Shown: positions 23,919-24,000 of the stretch, piece after piece
How positions within the stretch are numbered: position 1 is the first letter of the stretch
Layout of the letters: every line of letters starts with the position of its first letter
DNA from: Thermaerobacter subterraneus DSM 13965
Lineage (GTDB): Bacteria > Bacillota > Sulfobacillia > Thermaerobacterales > Thermaerobacteraceae
Reading direction: 5' to 3'
Length of the DNA stretch: 24,000 bases
Assembly: GCF_000183545.2 (NCBI RefSeq)
Contig: NZ_JH976535.1
Location: 773,890 to 797,889 of the forward strand
Notes under the pieces: generated by a model
The model's input: the letters and a program-made list of their open reading frames with translations, nothing else
Told to the model about the DNA's origin: nothing
Database searches by the model: none
Position numbers and translations under genes: made by a program

Positions 23919-24000
23919 ATGTCCGTGCGGATGAAACTGTACGTTCTGGACTGTGGCCGGATGCAGATGGACAAGTCCTTGATGCTCGCCGGGGCGACCC
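23919..24000 (+). CDS. N-acyl-homoserine-lactonase-like MBL-fold protein, 5' end (partial at window edge)
   Basis: MSVRMKLYVLDCGRMQMDKSLMLAGAT resembles N-termini of AHL-lactonase-family MBL proteins. Only 27 codons are visible. Confidence 0.45.
   Translation, partial: MSVRMKLYVLDCGRMQMDKSLMLAGAT

Overview
High-GC DNA (hand counts of sample 60-nt lines give about 65-75% G+C). It comes from an endospore-former-like genome, because a GerA-type germinant receptor operon is present. A Thermaerobacter/Symbiobacterium-like origin is inference from composition only. LEFT (1-6833): two membrane-protein ORFs, an amidase-signature enzyme, gerKA, one uninterrupted reading frame that contains both the GerB permease and the Ger(x)C lipoprotein domain, and an ABM monooxygenase. 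CENTRE (6859-14771): a decayed zone. It holds an internally deleted, frameshifted quinone-oxidoreductase remnant and a 5'-truncated livM. That livM carries a nonsense codon and is split exactly at CGTTAC by a 6,824-bp insertion. The insertion is bounded by IS200/IS605-family (tnpB-only) ends and has one left end and two right ends. It contains a 5'-truncated tnpB, a lower-GC (about 47-65%) co-directional four-gene cassette, a short high-GC foreign flank, and a full-length tnpB IS with two frameshifts and a premature stop. The cassette encodes a small secreted Ser/Gly/Tyr-rich protein, a hairpin terminator, a 693-aa polytopic permease-like protein with a large soluble domain, an ABC ATPase and a 6-TM protein. 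This cargo cassette and the way it is embedded between TnpB/omega-RNA ends is the most unusual part of the window. RIGHT (14752-24000): intact livG and livF, an acyl-CoA dehydrogenase, a two-gene MaoC/hotdog dehydratase pair, an SDR, an MBL-fold hydrolase, a phosphotriesterase-like lactonase, an acyl-CoA ligase and the start of another lactonase-like MBL gene. I saw no rRNA, tRNA or CRISPR array. Many long Arg/Pro/Gly-rich ORFs in the track are antisense artefacts of the high GC content.
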